A DNA stretch of 64,000 nucleotides from Lawsonibacter sp. (GTDB lineage Bacteria; Bacillota; Clostridia; Oscillospirales; Oscillospiraceae): positions 12,478-76,477 of the forward strand of contig JAAWHL010000001.1 in NCBI GenBank assembly GCA_022795855.1, written 5' to 3'. The translations under genes were made by a program, and so were the position numbers. Below the pieces are notes generated by a model, which saw nothing but the letters and a program-made list of their open reading frames with translations, made no database searches and had not been told where the DNA came from. Shown here in pieces: positions 20,342 to 28,953 of this stretch. The number at the start of each line of letters is the position of its first letter. Position 1 is the stretch's first letter.

Positions 20342-21145
20342 TTGGAGAGTCCCATCTACCGCCTGGAGGGGGTGGTAAAGGCGAAGGCTGAGGATTTGGA
20401 GGACTTTGTGGGCCCGCTGGATCTGATTCTTCACCTGCTGAGCAAAAATAAAATGGAAATCAAGGACATCCAAATCTCGTTGATTCTGGAGCAGTATCTG
20501 CAATGGCTGGATACCAGAAAGGAAATGGATCTGGAGGTAGCCAGCGAGTTTGTCACTATGGCCTCCCATCTGGTGTACATCAAAACCCGAATGCTCCTGT
20601 CCATTCACGATGAGGAGGCCCAATCCGAGATGGAACAGCTGATTGCTTCTCTGGAAGAGCATCAGCGCAGCGAGAATTACCTGAAAATCAAGCAGATTGT
20701 TCCCCTGATGGACCAGCGGTACAGCTATGGCCGGGATTTCATCACCAAGGTGCCCGAGCCGGTCCGGGCAGATAAAACCTACCGCTACGTCCATGACCGT
20801 GAGGACATCCGCAAGGCCATGCTGTCGGTGCTGGCCCGGACGGACAACAAGCTGCCCCCGCCGGTTTCCGCCTTTCAGGGCATCGTGGGGCGGGAGCCCT
20901 ATCCTGTGGCCGAGAAGGCTGCCGAGGTAATACAGCGGCTGCTCCGCTTTGGCGTGACCCGGTTTCGCGCCCTGTTTAAGGGCAACCGAAGCCGGTCGGA
21001 GATTGTAGCCACCTTCCTTGTGGTGCTGGAGCTGTGCAAGGCGCGGCGCATTCATTTGGCCGGAACCCAGGAGGACTGCACTGTAACCTATACCCAGGAG
21101 GAGGGGGCGGCGCCCGCTGAGTTTACTGCGGACGCCGGACCGTAA
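20342..21145 (+). CDS. scpA: Segregation and condensation protein A
   Basis: FVGPLDLILHLL, ASEFVTMASHL..K.RMLL, IVATFLVVLEL. Confidence 0.92.
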   Translation: MESPIYRLEGVVKAKAEDLEDFVGPLDLILHLLSKNKMEIKDIQISLILEQYLQWLDTRKEMDLEVASEFVTMASHLVYIKTRMLLSIHDEEAQSEMEQLIASLEEHQRSENYLKIKQIVPLMDQRYSYGRDFITKVPEPVRADKTYRYVHDREDIRKAMLSVLARTDNKLPPPVSAFQGIVGREPYPVAEKAAEVIQRLLRFGVTRFRALFKGNRSRSEIVATFLVVLELCKARRIHLAGTQEDCTVTYTQEEGAAPAEFTADAGP

Positions 21146-21171
21146 CTCCGCCGGGGAGGGAGGAGAGAGAT

Positions 21172-21786
21172 ATGGAGCTGAAGGAACTGGAATCGGCGCT
21201 GGAGAGCATCCTGTTTGCCGCCGGCGAGCCGGTGGGCGTAGAGCGGCTTTGTCTGAGCCTGGAGGTGGACCGGGCAACCATAGACGCCGTGGCCCAGCGT
21301 CTGATGGACCAGTACAGCTATGAACGCCGGGGGCTGCGTCTGGTGCGGCTGGATACAAGCTATCAGCTGTGCTCCGCGCCGGAGTACGCCGACTATGTGC
21401 GCAAGACCCTGGAAAACCGCAAGCCCGCCCGGCTGTCCCAGCCCGCGCTGGAGGTGCTGGCCATCATCGCCTACTACCAGCCTGTGACCCGGGCCTATGT
21501 GGACCAGGTGCGGGGAGTGGACAGCTCCTACACCGTAGGGCTGCTGCTGGAACGGGAGCTGATTGAGGAAAACGGCCGTCTGGCCGTACCCGGCCGGCCC
21601 ATCCTGTACCGAACCACTAAAAATTTCCTCCGATCCTTCGGCCTGAGCAGCATTGAGGAGCTGCCCGAGCTGCCCGATACGCCAAAGGAGAGCGGACAGA
21701 TGACCCTGGAGCTGGAGGCGGCGGTGGAAAAGCTCCGCGAGGAGCAGCAGAGGGCCTCGGACGCCCCGCCGGAGGAGCAGAAATGA
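21172..21786 (+). CDS. scpB: Segregation and condensation protein B
   Basis: LEVLAIIAYYQPVTR, GRPILY.TT..FL..FGL. Confidence 0.95.
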   Translation: MELKELESALESILFAAGEPVGVERLCLSLEVDRATIDAVAQRLMDQYSYERRGLRLVRLDTSYQLCSAPEYADYVRKTLENRKPARLSQPALEVLAIIAYYQPVTRAYVDQVRGVDSSYTVGLLLERELIEENGRLAVPGRPILYRTTKNFLRSFGLSSIEELPELPDTPKESGQMTLELEAAVEKLREEQQRASDAPPEEQK

Positions 21787-22484
21787 GCGGCTGGATGATT
21801 GCAGCCCTTGTCCTTTTCCTTCTGTTTCTCGTCGGACAGATTCCTGTGGGGATATCCGCCCGGTACGGCCCGGACGGGCCGCTGGTCCACGCCAGGGCGG
21901 GCCCTCTGAAAACGGTGGTTTTTCCCAGACCAAAGCGGAAAAAAAAGAAAAAAGCGGTGAAACAGCCGCCTAAACAGGAGAAAAAGAAGACCGTCCGGCC
22001 AAAAACGGGACCTGAAAAGCCCAAACAGCCGCCAAAACCGGCCCCTGAGAAGAAAAAACCCCAAAAACCTCTGGAGCTGATTCAGGAGTGGTTTCCCCTG
22101 ATTCGGGAGCTGCTCCCCCTGGCGCTGGAGGCGGCGGGCTGTTTTTGGAACAAGCTGGTTCTGGACCGGCTGGAGCTGTGCCTGACCGTAGGCGCCGAGG
22201 ACCCAGCCGACGCGGCCATACTGTACGGGCAGGCCTGCGCGGCCCTGGGGGCCCTTTGGCAGCCCTTGACCCAGGCCTTTCACATCAAGGACGGCCGGGC
22301 CCATGTTCAGCTGGATTTCCAGGCGGCTCGGCCCTCTCTGACCGGTCAGGCGGCCCTGTCCCTGAAAATCGGTCAGATTCTGTGGCTGGGTCTCTGCTTT
22401 GGCAGCAGGGTATTGGTCCGCTTCTTGCGGTTTTACATTCAAAAAAGAAGAAATCGACCCAAAGAGGAAAGAAAGGCGGTTTGA
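21783..22484 (+). CDS. DUF2953 (YtfI-like) membrane-anchored protein
   Basis: N-terminal TM, K/P-rich linker, DPADAAILYG; precedes ytfJ. Confidence 0.75.
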   Translation: MSGWMIAALVLFLLFLVGQIPVGISARYGPDGPLVHARAGPLKTVVFPRPKRKKKKKAVKQPPKQEKKKTVRPKTGPEKPKQPPKPAPEKKKPQKPLELIQEWFPLIRELLPLALEAAGCFWNKLVLDRLELCLTVGAEDPADAAILYGQACAALGALWQPLTQAFHIKDGRAHVQLDFQAARPSLTGQAALSLKIGQILWLGLCFGSRVLVRFLRFYIQKRRNRPKEERKAV

Positions 22485-22486
22485 AT

Positions 22487-22915
22487 ATGGAAAAGCAGCA
22501 TCCCTTGAGCGAGCTACTCGGCAGCACCATCGGACAGATTCGGACCATGGCGGACGCCAACACCATAATCGGCGAGCCCATCCACACCGGCGACGTGACG
22601 CTGATTCCGGTCTCCCGTCTGTCCTTTGGCATTGGCGGCGGAGGCAGCGACTTTGTGACAAAAAATCAGCGTCCTGAGGCGGCAAACTCCTTCGGCGGCG
22701 GCACCGCGGCCAGCGCAAAGCTGGAGCCCGTAGCCTTTCTGGTCATCCGGGGAGACAATGTCCGCCTGCTGCCGGTGGCGCCGCCTCCCGCTACCACCGC
22801 CGACCGGATTATTGAGACGGTGCCCGATGTGGTCGATAAGGTGACCTCCTTCTGGGAAAAACAGCAGGAGAAGAAGGGGTCCGCGTCTGATGTAGAGGGA
22901 GATATTGACGAATAG
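22487..22915 (+). CDS. ytfJ: GerW/YtfJ sporulation protein
   Basis: DANTIIGEPI, IPVSRLSFGIGGGG, FGGG, PVAFLV. Confidence 0.92.
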   Translation: MEKQHPLSELLGSTIGQIRTMADANTIIGEPIHTGDVTLIPVSRLSFGIGGGGSDFVTKNQRPEAANSFGGGTAASAKLEPVAFLVIRGDNVRLLPVAPPPATTADRIIETVPDVVDKVTSFWEKQQEKKGSASDVEGDIDE

Positions 22916-23128
22916 CCCCTGTATGCACAGCATCCCATTTGGCGTCCCGCTATAAACAGCTGTTCCCCTTGAAGCCTGGGAGTTACCCGGGATTTCCGGG
23001 AAAGTCCGCCCTGCCCGGCGGCGGAATTCTCCTTCCCGCAGGGATTTTCAGGTTCTAATTACCAGAGAAAAAACCATTTGGGGGCAAATACTAAGGACAC
23101 GAAACTTGAAAGAGAGCGGGTGTCCCAA

Positions 23129-24223
23129 TTGAAGCGAATCGTATTTGTCCTTTGCCTGACGCTGTTCCTGATGCCCACCGCTCAGGCGGTGGGCACCTCC
23201 GCATCCTGCGCCGTTTTGGTGGAGGCGGAGAGCGGACGGGTGCTGTACGAGCAGGAGAGCCATCAGCCCCGCCTGATTGCCAGCATTACCAAGCTGATGA
23301 CCGCGCTGGTCGCCTTGGAATCGGGCTGCGGCCTTCAGGAGCCCTTCCAGGTCCCCGACCAGGCCGTTGGGGTGGAGGGATCCTCCATCTACCTCAAACC
23401 CGGAGAGACCGTTACACTGGAGGAGCTCCTCTACGGTATGATGCTGCGCTCCGGCAACGACGCCGCCCTGGCGGTGGCCATCCGGTGCGGCGGGAGCGCC
23501 GAGCAGTTTGTAGCGCAGATGAATGCCAAAGCCGTCCAGCTGGGGATGAAAAATACCCACTTTGCCAATCCCAACGGCCTGAACGCCGAAAATCACTACT
23601 CCTCCGCCTACGACATGGCCCTGCTGGCCCGGGCCTGCCTGAAGAACGAGACGCTGGCCCGGATTGTTTCCACCAAAACCATTGCCATCGGCCAGCGCAG
23701 CTTTACCAACCACAACAAGCTGCTCTGGCAGTATGAGGGATGCGTCGGTCTGAAAACCGGCTACACCGAAAAGGCGGGGCGCACGCTGGTTTCCGCCGCA
23801 CAGCGGGACGGCATGACCCTGATTGCGGTAACGCTTAATGATTCGGACGACTGGAGAGACCATAAGTCCCTGCTGGACTGGGGGTTTTCCACCTTCCATC
23901 TGGAGCGGGTCTTCGACCGGACGGCCTGTGCCGGCCGCCTGCCCGTGTCCGGGGGCCTGGTTCCCGTTGTCTGCGCGGTTCCGGCGGAAGATGTTTCCTA
24001 CCCGATTCAGAAGGGGGAAGAGCTGACGGTCCGCATCCAGTGGCATCAGGAGAATCTGACCGCCCCGGTGCCCCCAGGAGAGGAGCTGGGGGCATTGTAT
24101 CTCTGCTGCGGCGGGAAAGAGGTTGCCCATGTGCCGCTGACTGCCCAGCAGGGCGTATCTGATAACCGCGCGCCCAGCCTGGGCCTGCTCCAGCGCATCC
24201 TCCGGCTTGCAGAACCGGGCTGA
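23129..24223 (+). CDS. D-alanyl-D-alanine carboxypeptidase (DacB/DacF-type, S11)
   Basis: Signal peptide, SITK, SGN and KTG motifs. Confidence 0.92.
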   Translation: MKRIVFVLCLTLFLMPTAQAVGTSASCAVLVEAESGRVLYEQESHQPRLIASITKLMTALVALESGCGLQEPFQVPDQAVGVEGSSIYLKPGETVTLEELLYGMMLRSGNDAALAVAIRCGGSAEQFVAQMNAKAVQLGMKNTHFANPNGLNAENHYSSAYDMALLARACLKNETLARIVSTKTIAIGQRSFTNHNKLLWQYEGCVGLKTGYTEKAGRTLVSAAQRDGMTLIAVTLNDSDDWRDHKSLLDWGFSTFHLERVFDRTACAGRLPVSGGLVPVVCAVPAEDVSYPIQKGEELTVRIQWHQENLTAPVPPGEELGALYLCCGGKEVAHVPLTAQQGVSDNRAPSLGLLQRILRLAEPG

Positions 24224-24309
24224 AAAAGTGCATTCTGCGCTTGTCCGACCGCATCCCCCATACCGCGGATGGGGGATGCGCATCTCGACCCAGAGAAAGG
24301 AGTGTTCCC

Positions 24310-25056
24310 ATGGAAGAACGCCTGCAAAAGCTGCTGTCCGCCTGCGGGCTGGCCTCCCGGCGGACCGCCGAGGAATGGATTGCCGCCGGACGGGTCCGGG
24401 TGAACGGACAGACCGCCCGGCTGGGGGACAAGGCCGACCTGGACCGGGACCTGGTGGAAGTGGACGGAAAGGCGGTAAAGCCAGGGGAGGGGCGGACCTA
24501 TCTGATGCTTAACAAACCCCGGGGTTACGTGACCACCCTGTCCGACGAACAGGGCCGCAGAACCGTGGCCCAGCTGGTTTCCGGCTGCGGAAAGCGGGTG
24601 TGGCCGGTGGGGCGGCTGGACCTGGATTCCGAGGGCCTCCTGATTCTGACGGACGATGGGGCGCTGACCCAGCGCCTGCTCCACCCCAGCCACGGAATCG
24701 AGAAGGAATATCTGGTCTGGGTGACGGGAGACGTCTCCAAGGGGCTGCCCATTCTGTCCGCGCCCATGACGCTGGATGGGGAGGCTCTTGCTCCGGCCAA
24801 GGTGCGCCGGGGCAGGGTCAGCGGCGGAGTCACTCAGCTCTCCGTCACCATCCGCCAGGGGAAAAACCGGCAGGTGCGCCGGATGTGCGCTCAGGCGGGG
24901 CTTCAGGTGGTGCGGCTCAAGCGGGTCCGGGAGGGTACGCTGGAGCTGGACCGCACTCTGGAGAGCGGGACTTGGCGGCGGCTCACCGCACGCGAGGTAG
25001 GCGGGCTGCTGGGAGAACAGGCCGCAGAACCAAAAGATTTTGCAAGACAGAGATAA
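24310..25056 (+). CDS. rluB: RluB-like pseudouridine synthase
   Basis: ERLQKLLSACG.ASRR S4 domain, PVGRLD. Confidence 0.9.
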   Translation: MEERLQKLLSACGLASRRTAEEWIAAGRVRVNGQTARLGDKADLDRDLVEVDGKAVKPGEGRTYLMLNKPRGYVTTLSDEQGRRTVAQLVSGCGKRVWPVGRLDLDSEGLLILTDDGALTQRLLHPSHGIEKEYLVWVTGDVSKGLPILSAPMTLDGEALAPAKVRRGRVSGGVTQLSVTIRQGKNRQVRRMCAQAGLQVVRLKRVREGTLELDRTLESGTWRRLTAREVGGLLGEQAAEPKDFARQR

Positions 25057-25073
25057 AAACTTGCAAATTCTAC

Positions 25074-25102
25074 TTGCATTTTTGTGTGGAAAAGGGTATC
25101 AT
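25074..25102 (+). promoter_or_regulatory. Sigma-A promoter of the RpiR regulator operon
   Basis: TTGCAT-17 bp-TATCAT. Confidence 0.55.
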
Positions 25103-25158
25103 ATTTCTTGCTGGACGGCGGCGGGGCATTCCTGCCCGCCGCCGGGGCCGGACAACCA

Positions 25159-25306
25159 GGGTCTGTTTGAAGCAGGTCAATCCGTCCGAGCGGTGCGCCT
25201 TTTGCCGTCCTGCACTCCCGATTTCTCTTGGAATACATCCGTATTTCCGGGGAAAACCGGCCCCGCCTGACAACAAAATCCTCTGTACCATGTTTCAAAC
25301 CAGGCC
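25159..25306. mobile_element. Diverged MITE, same family as 40439-40598, opposite orientation
   Basis: Degenerate TIRs GGGTCTGTTTGAA / TTCAAACCAGGCC; internal blocks GCCTTTTGCCG, CTTGGAA, GCCTG, CAAAAT collinear with the reverse complement of the 40439 element. Confidence 0.6.
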
Positions 25307-25321
25307 TAACAGGAGCTGAAT

Positions 25322-26188
25322 ATGATGAACCGAGATATCCTCACCGTAATCCAGGAAAATATGCCAACCTTTTCCAAGGGGCAGAAGCGGATTGCGAACT
25401 ATATTTTAGAGTCCTATGACAAAGCGGCTTTCATGACGGCAAACCGCCTGGGCAAGACCGTAAACGTCAGTGAATCCACCGTGGTGCGTTTTGCCTCGGA
25501 GCTGGGGTACGACGGATACCCCAGTATGCAGAAATCTCTGCAAAAAATGATACGGAACCGCCTGACCTCGGTGCAGAGAATTGAGGTCTCCTACGACCGA
25601 ATCGGAGACCAGGACCTGGTGACCAATGTGCTCCAGTCGGACATTGAGAAGATACGCCTGACCCTGGAGGAGGTGGACCGGAGCAGCTTTGAGAATGCGG
25701 TGGATGCCATCGGCAGCGCCCGCAGAATTTACATCATCGGGGTGCGCTCCGCCGGAAGTATTGCCACCTTCCTTCACTTTTATTTCAATCTGATTTTTGA
25801 CAATGTGGTGATGGTGGCCGCCAACACCGCCAGCGAAATGTTTGAAAATCTGGTCCGGGTAGGGGAGGGAGACGTGGTCATCGGCGTCAGCTTCCCCCGG
25901 TACTCCAGCCGCACCGTGCAGGCGATGAGCTTTGCCCGAGACCAGGGGGCTACTACCATCTCCATTACCGACAGCGAGGCCTCCCCGCTTGCCCCCATCT
26001 CCACCTATACCCTGAAGGCACGCAGTGATATGGCCTCCTTTGTAGACTCCCTGGTGGCCCCGCTCAGCCTGGTGAACGCCCTGCTGGTGGCCGTCAGCCG
26101 CAAGCGCAGCGAGGAGCTGGCCCGCACCTTTCAGCGTCTGGAGACCATCTGGGAGGAGTACGGCGTTTATGAAAAGGTTCAGGACTGA
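25322..26188 (+). CDS. MurR/RpiR family transcriptional regulator
   Basis: HTH VSESTVVRFA.ELGY.GY plus SIS domain SFPRYS. Confidence 0.92.
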   Translation: MMNRDILTVIQENMPTFSKGQKRIANYILESYDKAAFMTANRLGKTVNVSESTVVRFASELGYDGYPSMQKSLQKMIRNRLTSVQRIEVSYDRIGDQDLVTNVLQSDIEKIRLTLEEVDRSSFENAVDAIGSARRIYIIGVRSAGSIATFLHFYFNLIFDNVVMVAANTASEMFENLVRVGEGDVVIGVSFPRYSSRTVQAMSFARDQGATTISITDSEASPLAPISTYTLKARSDMASFVDSLVAPLSLVNALLVAVSRKRSEELARTFQRLETIWEEYGVYEKVQD

Positions 26189-27439
26189 ATGGACCGGGAT
26201 ATTTTAGTGGTCGGCGGCGGCGCGGCCGGCATGATGGCCGCGGCGGCTGCGGCACAGGCCGGCGCCCGGGCGGGCCTGATTGAGCGCAATGCCAAGCTGG
26301 GCAGGAAGCTGTACATTACGGGAAAAGGCCGGTGCAATCTGACCAACCACTGTCCGGCTGAGACGGTGCTGGCCAATGTGCCCCGCAACAGCCGGTTCCT
26401 CTACAGTGCGCTGAAGCGCACCGACCCCGCATGGGTGGAGGAGTTCTTCACGTCTCTGGGGGTGGAGCTGAAGGTTGAGCGGGGAAACCGGGTCTTTCCC
26501 GCCTCGGATCACGCCGCCGACATTATTGACGCGCTGTTTTCCAACCTGCGCAGACTTCGGGTTCCCATCCTTCAGGACCGCGCCCGCTCCATCCTGATTC
26601 GGGATGGAAAAATCGCAGGCGTAAGCGGAGAATCCGGCGAGCACCTCTGTAAAGCGGTTATCCTTGCTTCCGGCGGAGCTTCTTACCCTGCAACCGGATC
26701 TACAGGGGACGGCTACGAGATGGCGGCTGCCCTGGGACACACGGTGATTCCCCCCAAACCGTCACTGATTCCGCTGGAATCCCCGGCGGAGTTCTGCGCG
26801 GAAATGCAGGGACTGTCCCTGCGAAATGTCACTCTGACCGTGAAGAACCAGAAGGGGAAGGCCCTTTTCCAGGAGCAGGGGGAGCTGCTGTTTACCCACT
26901 TCGGCCTGTCCGGCCCCTTGGTGCTCAGCGCAAGCGCCCATATGCGGGACTTTGAAGGCGATCGCTACACCTGCCATATTGACCTGAAACCTGCCTTGGA
27001 GGAGAATCAGCTGGACGCCCGTCTGCTGAGGGAGCTGGGGGACGCCCCCAATAAAGACATGCAGAATATTCTGGGGGCGCTGGTGCCCCGGATGATGATA
27101 CCGGTGATGCTCCGCCTGACCGGAATTTCCGGCAGCCGGAAGGCCCACGACTTGACTAAGGGGGAGCGCCGCCGCCTTCTGGAGACGCTGAAGGGCTTGA
27201 CTGTTCCCATCTCCGGGCCGCGTCCGATTGAAGAGGCCATCGTCACCTCCGGCGGAATCAAGGTGTCGGAGGTTAACCCCCAGACTATGGAATCCAAAAA
27301 GGTTCCCGGGCTGTACTTTGCTGGAGAGCTGCTGGACATAGACGCCTATACCGGCGGCTTTAACCTACAGATTGCTTGGGCCACCGGCCGGGCGGCGGGG
27401 GAGGCTGCGGCGGAAGCCGTATGCGGCTCACCTCCATAA
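26189..27439 (+). CDS. HI0933/BaiN-family flavoprotein
   Basis: GGGAAGMMAA, KLYITGKGRCNLTN, TGGFNLQIAWATG. Confidence 0.92.
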   Translation: MDRDILVVGGGAAGMMAAAAAAQAGARAGLIERNAKLGRKLYITGKGRCNLTNHCPAETVLANVPRNSRFLYSALKRTDPAWVEEFFTSLGVELKVERGNRVFPASDHAADIIDALFSNLRRLRVPILQDRARSILIRDGKIAGVSGESGEHLCKAVILASGGASYPATGSTGDGYEMAAALGHTVIPPKPSLIPLESPAEFCAEMQGLSLRNVTLTVKNQKGKALFQEQGELLFTHFGLSGPLVLSASAHMRDFEGDRYTCHIDLKPALEENQLDARLLRELGDAPNKDMQNILGALVPRMMIPVMLRLTGISGSRKAHDLTKGERRRLLETLKGLTVPISGPRPIEEAIVTSGGIKVSEVNPQTMESKKVPGLYFAGELLDIDAYTGGFNLQIAWATGRAAGEAAAEAVCGSPP

Positions 27440-27455
27440 AAGAAAGGAGTTTTTT

Positions 27456-27590
27456 ATGATAGCAGCAGCAGTTACCTGCACCCTTCTGGCCGGTGCGGCG
27501 GGCGCCTTTCTGGAGCCGCTGTCCTTTGCGGTCTCCCTGCCGGTTGCTGTTATGGGTGGCTTTATCCTGGCCGCTCTGCGGAAAAAATAG
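27456..27590 (+). CDS. 44-aa two-helix membrane peptide
   Basis: AGAAAGGAG RBS, ATG 27456, hydrophobic sequence ending RKK. Confidence 0.6.
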   Translation: MIAAAVTCTLLAGAAGAFLEPLSFAVSLPVAVMGGFILAALRKK

Positions 27591-27685
27591 AAGCAAAACG
27601 CAGTTTTGCGCCGAAAGTTTTCTTTTTGATTCTTTTTCTTTTGAAAAAGAAAAAGAATGAACAACAAAAATGGAGCGGAACGAGT

Positions 27686-28357
27686 ATGAAAAGCATCGCC
27701 ATCGACGGCCCGGCCGGGGCCGGAAAAAGCACGCTGGCCCGCAGGTTGGCGGGCCGCCTGGGGTATCTTTATGTGGATACAGGGGCAATCTATCGAACAG
27801 TGGCCCTGTGTGCCATTGAAGCGGGGGCGGACCCCGCCGACCCGGCCCAGGTAATCCCACTGCTGGAGGGGCTGGACCTTCAGATGTCTTACGGTTCAGA
27901 CGGTGTACAGCATATGTACTTGTCAGGCAGAGACGTTTCAGAGGACATCCGTGTCCACGCGGTTTCCCAGTGTGCCTCCCTGGCGGCAGCCATTCCTGAG
28001 GTGCGGGCCTTTCTTCTGGAGTACCAGCGCCGGCTGGCTGAAGAGCAGAACGTGGTGATGGACGGCCGGGACATCGGCACTGTGGTGCTGCCCAAGGCCG
28101 ACGTCAAAATCTTCCTCACCGCCTCCGCCCGGGAACGGGCCCGCCGCCGCCTGCGGGAGCTGGAGCAGCGGGGGCAGGCGGCCGATTTCGAGACGGTGCT
28201 GCGGGACATCGAGCAGCGGGACCACCTGGACCGCACCCGCGCCGCCGCTCCCCTGCGCCAGGCGGAGGACGCGGTGCTGCTGGATACCTCGGAGCTGGAC
28301 TTGGAGGGAAGCCTGAACGCTCTGCTGGAAATTGTGAAAGGGAAGGTGTCCTCATGA
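27686..28357 (+). CDS. cmk: Cytidylate kinase
   Basis: IDGPAGAGKST, DTGAIYR, MDGRDIGTVV. Confidence 0.97.
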   Translation: MKSIAIDGPAGAGKSTLARRLAGRLGYLYVDTGAIYRTVALCAIEAGADPADPAQVIPLLEGLDLQMSYGSDGVQHMYLSGRDVSEDIRVHAVSQCASLAAAIPEVRAFLLEYQRRLAEEQNVVMDGRDIGTVVLPKADVKIFLTASARERARRRLRELEQRGQAADFETVLRDIEQRDHLDRTRAAAPLRQAEDAVLLDTSELDLEGSLNALLEIVKGKVSS

Positions 28358-28953
28358 GCACCGACGCCGTGTTTCGTCTCCTCTATGCCATCATCTGGCC
28401 CTTTTTCAACTTTTTCCACCCTGTCAGGGCCGTCGGACGGGAGAATATCCCCGAGGGGGCGGCGGTCATCTGTCCCAATCACTCCACGGCGGGCGACCCC
28501 TTCTACGTGGTGTTTGCCTTCGGGCGCAAATATCCCATGTGGGCCATGGCCAAGCAGCAGATTATGAAGTGGCCCTTTGTGGGCTGGATTTTAAGCAAGG
28601 CGGGCGTTTTCGGCGTGGACCGGGGGAGGGCGGACATGAAGGCCGCCAAAACCGCTCTGCGCGGCCTGAAGGAGGGACACAAGCTGCTGATTTTCCCTGA
28701 GGGCACCCGTGTGGAGCAGGGGGAGAGCGTAGAGGCCAAGGCGGGCGCCGCCCTGTTTGCCACGCGGACCGGAACGCCTCTTCTGCCGGTGTACATCCAG
28801 CCCAAAAAGAGGCGTTTCCGCCCCACCACCGTGGTCATCGGGCAGCCCTATTATCCACAAATCGCGGGGCGCAAAGCCTCCTCGGAGGAGCTGCAGGCAA
28901 TTGCGGGCGAGGTGATGGAGCGCATCCGCGCCCTTGGGGAGAGCGCCGGATGA
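28354..28953 (+). CDS. plsC: 1-acyl-sn-glycerol-3-phosphate acyltransferase
   Basis: NHSTAGD, FPEGTR. Confidence 0.9.
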   Translation: MSTDAVFRLLYAIIWPFFNFFHPVRAVGRENIPEGAAVICPNHSTAGDPFYVVFAFGRKYPMWAMAKQQIMKWPFVGWILSKAGVFGVDRGRADMKAAKTALRGLKEGHKLLIFPEGTRVEQGESVEAKAGAALFATRTGTPLLPVYIQPKKRRFRPTTVVIGQPYYPQIAGRKASSEELQAIAGEVMERIRALGESAG

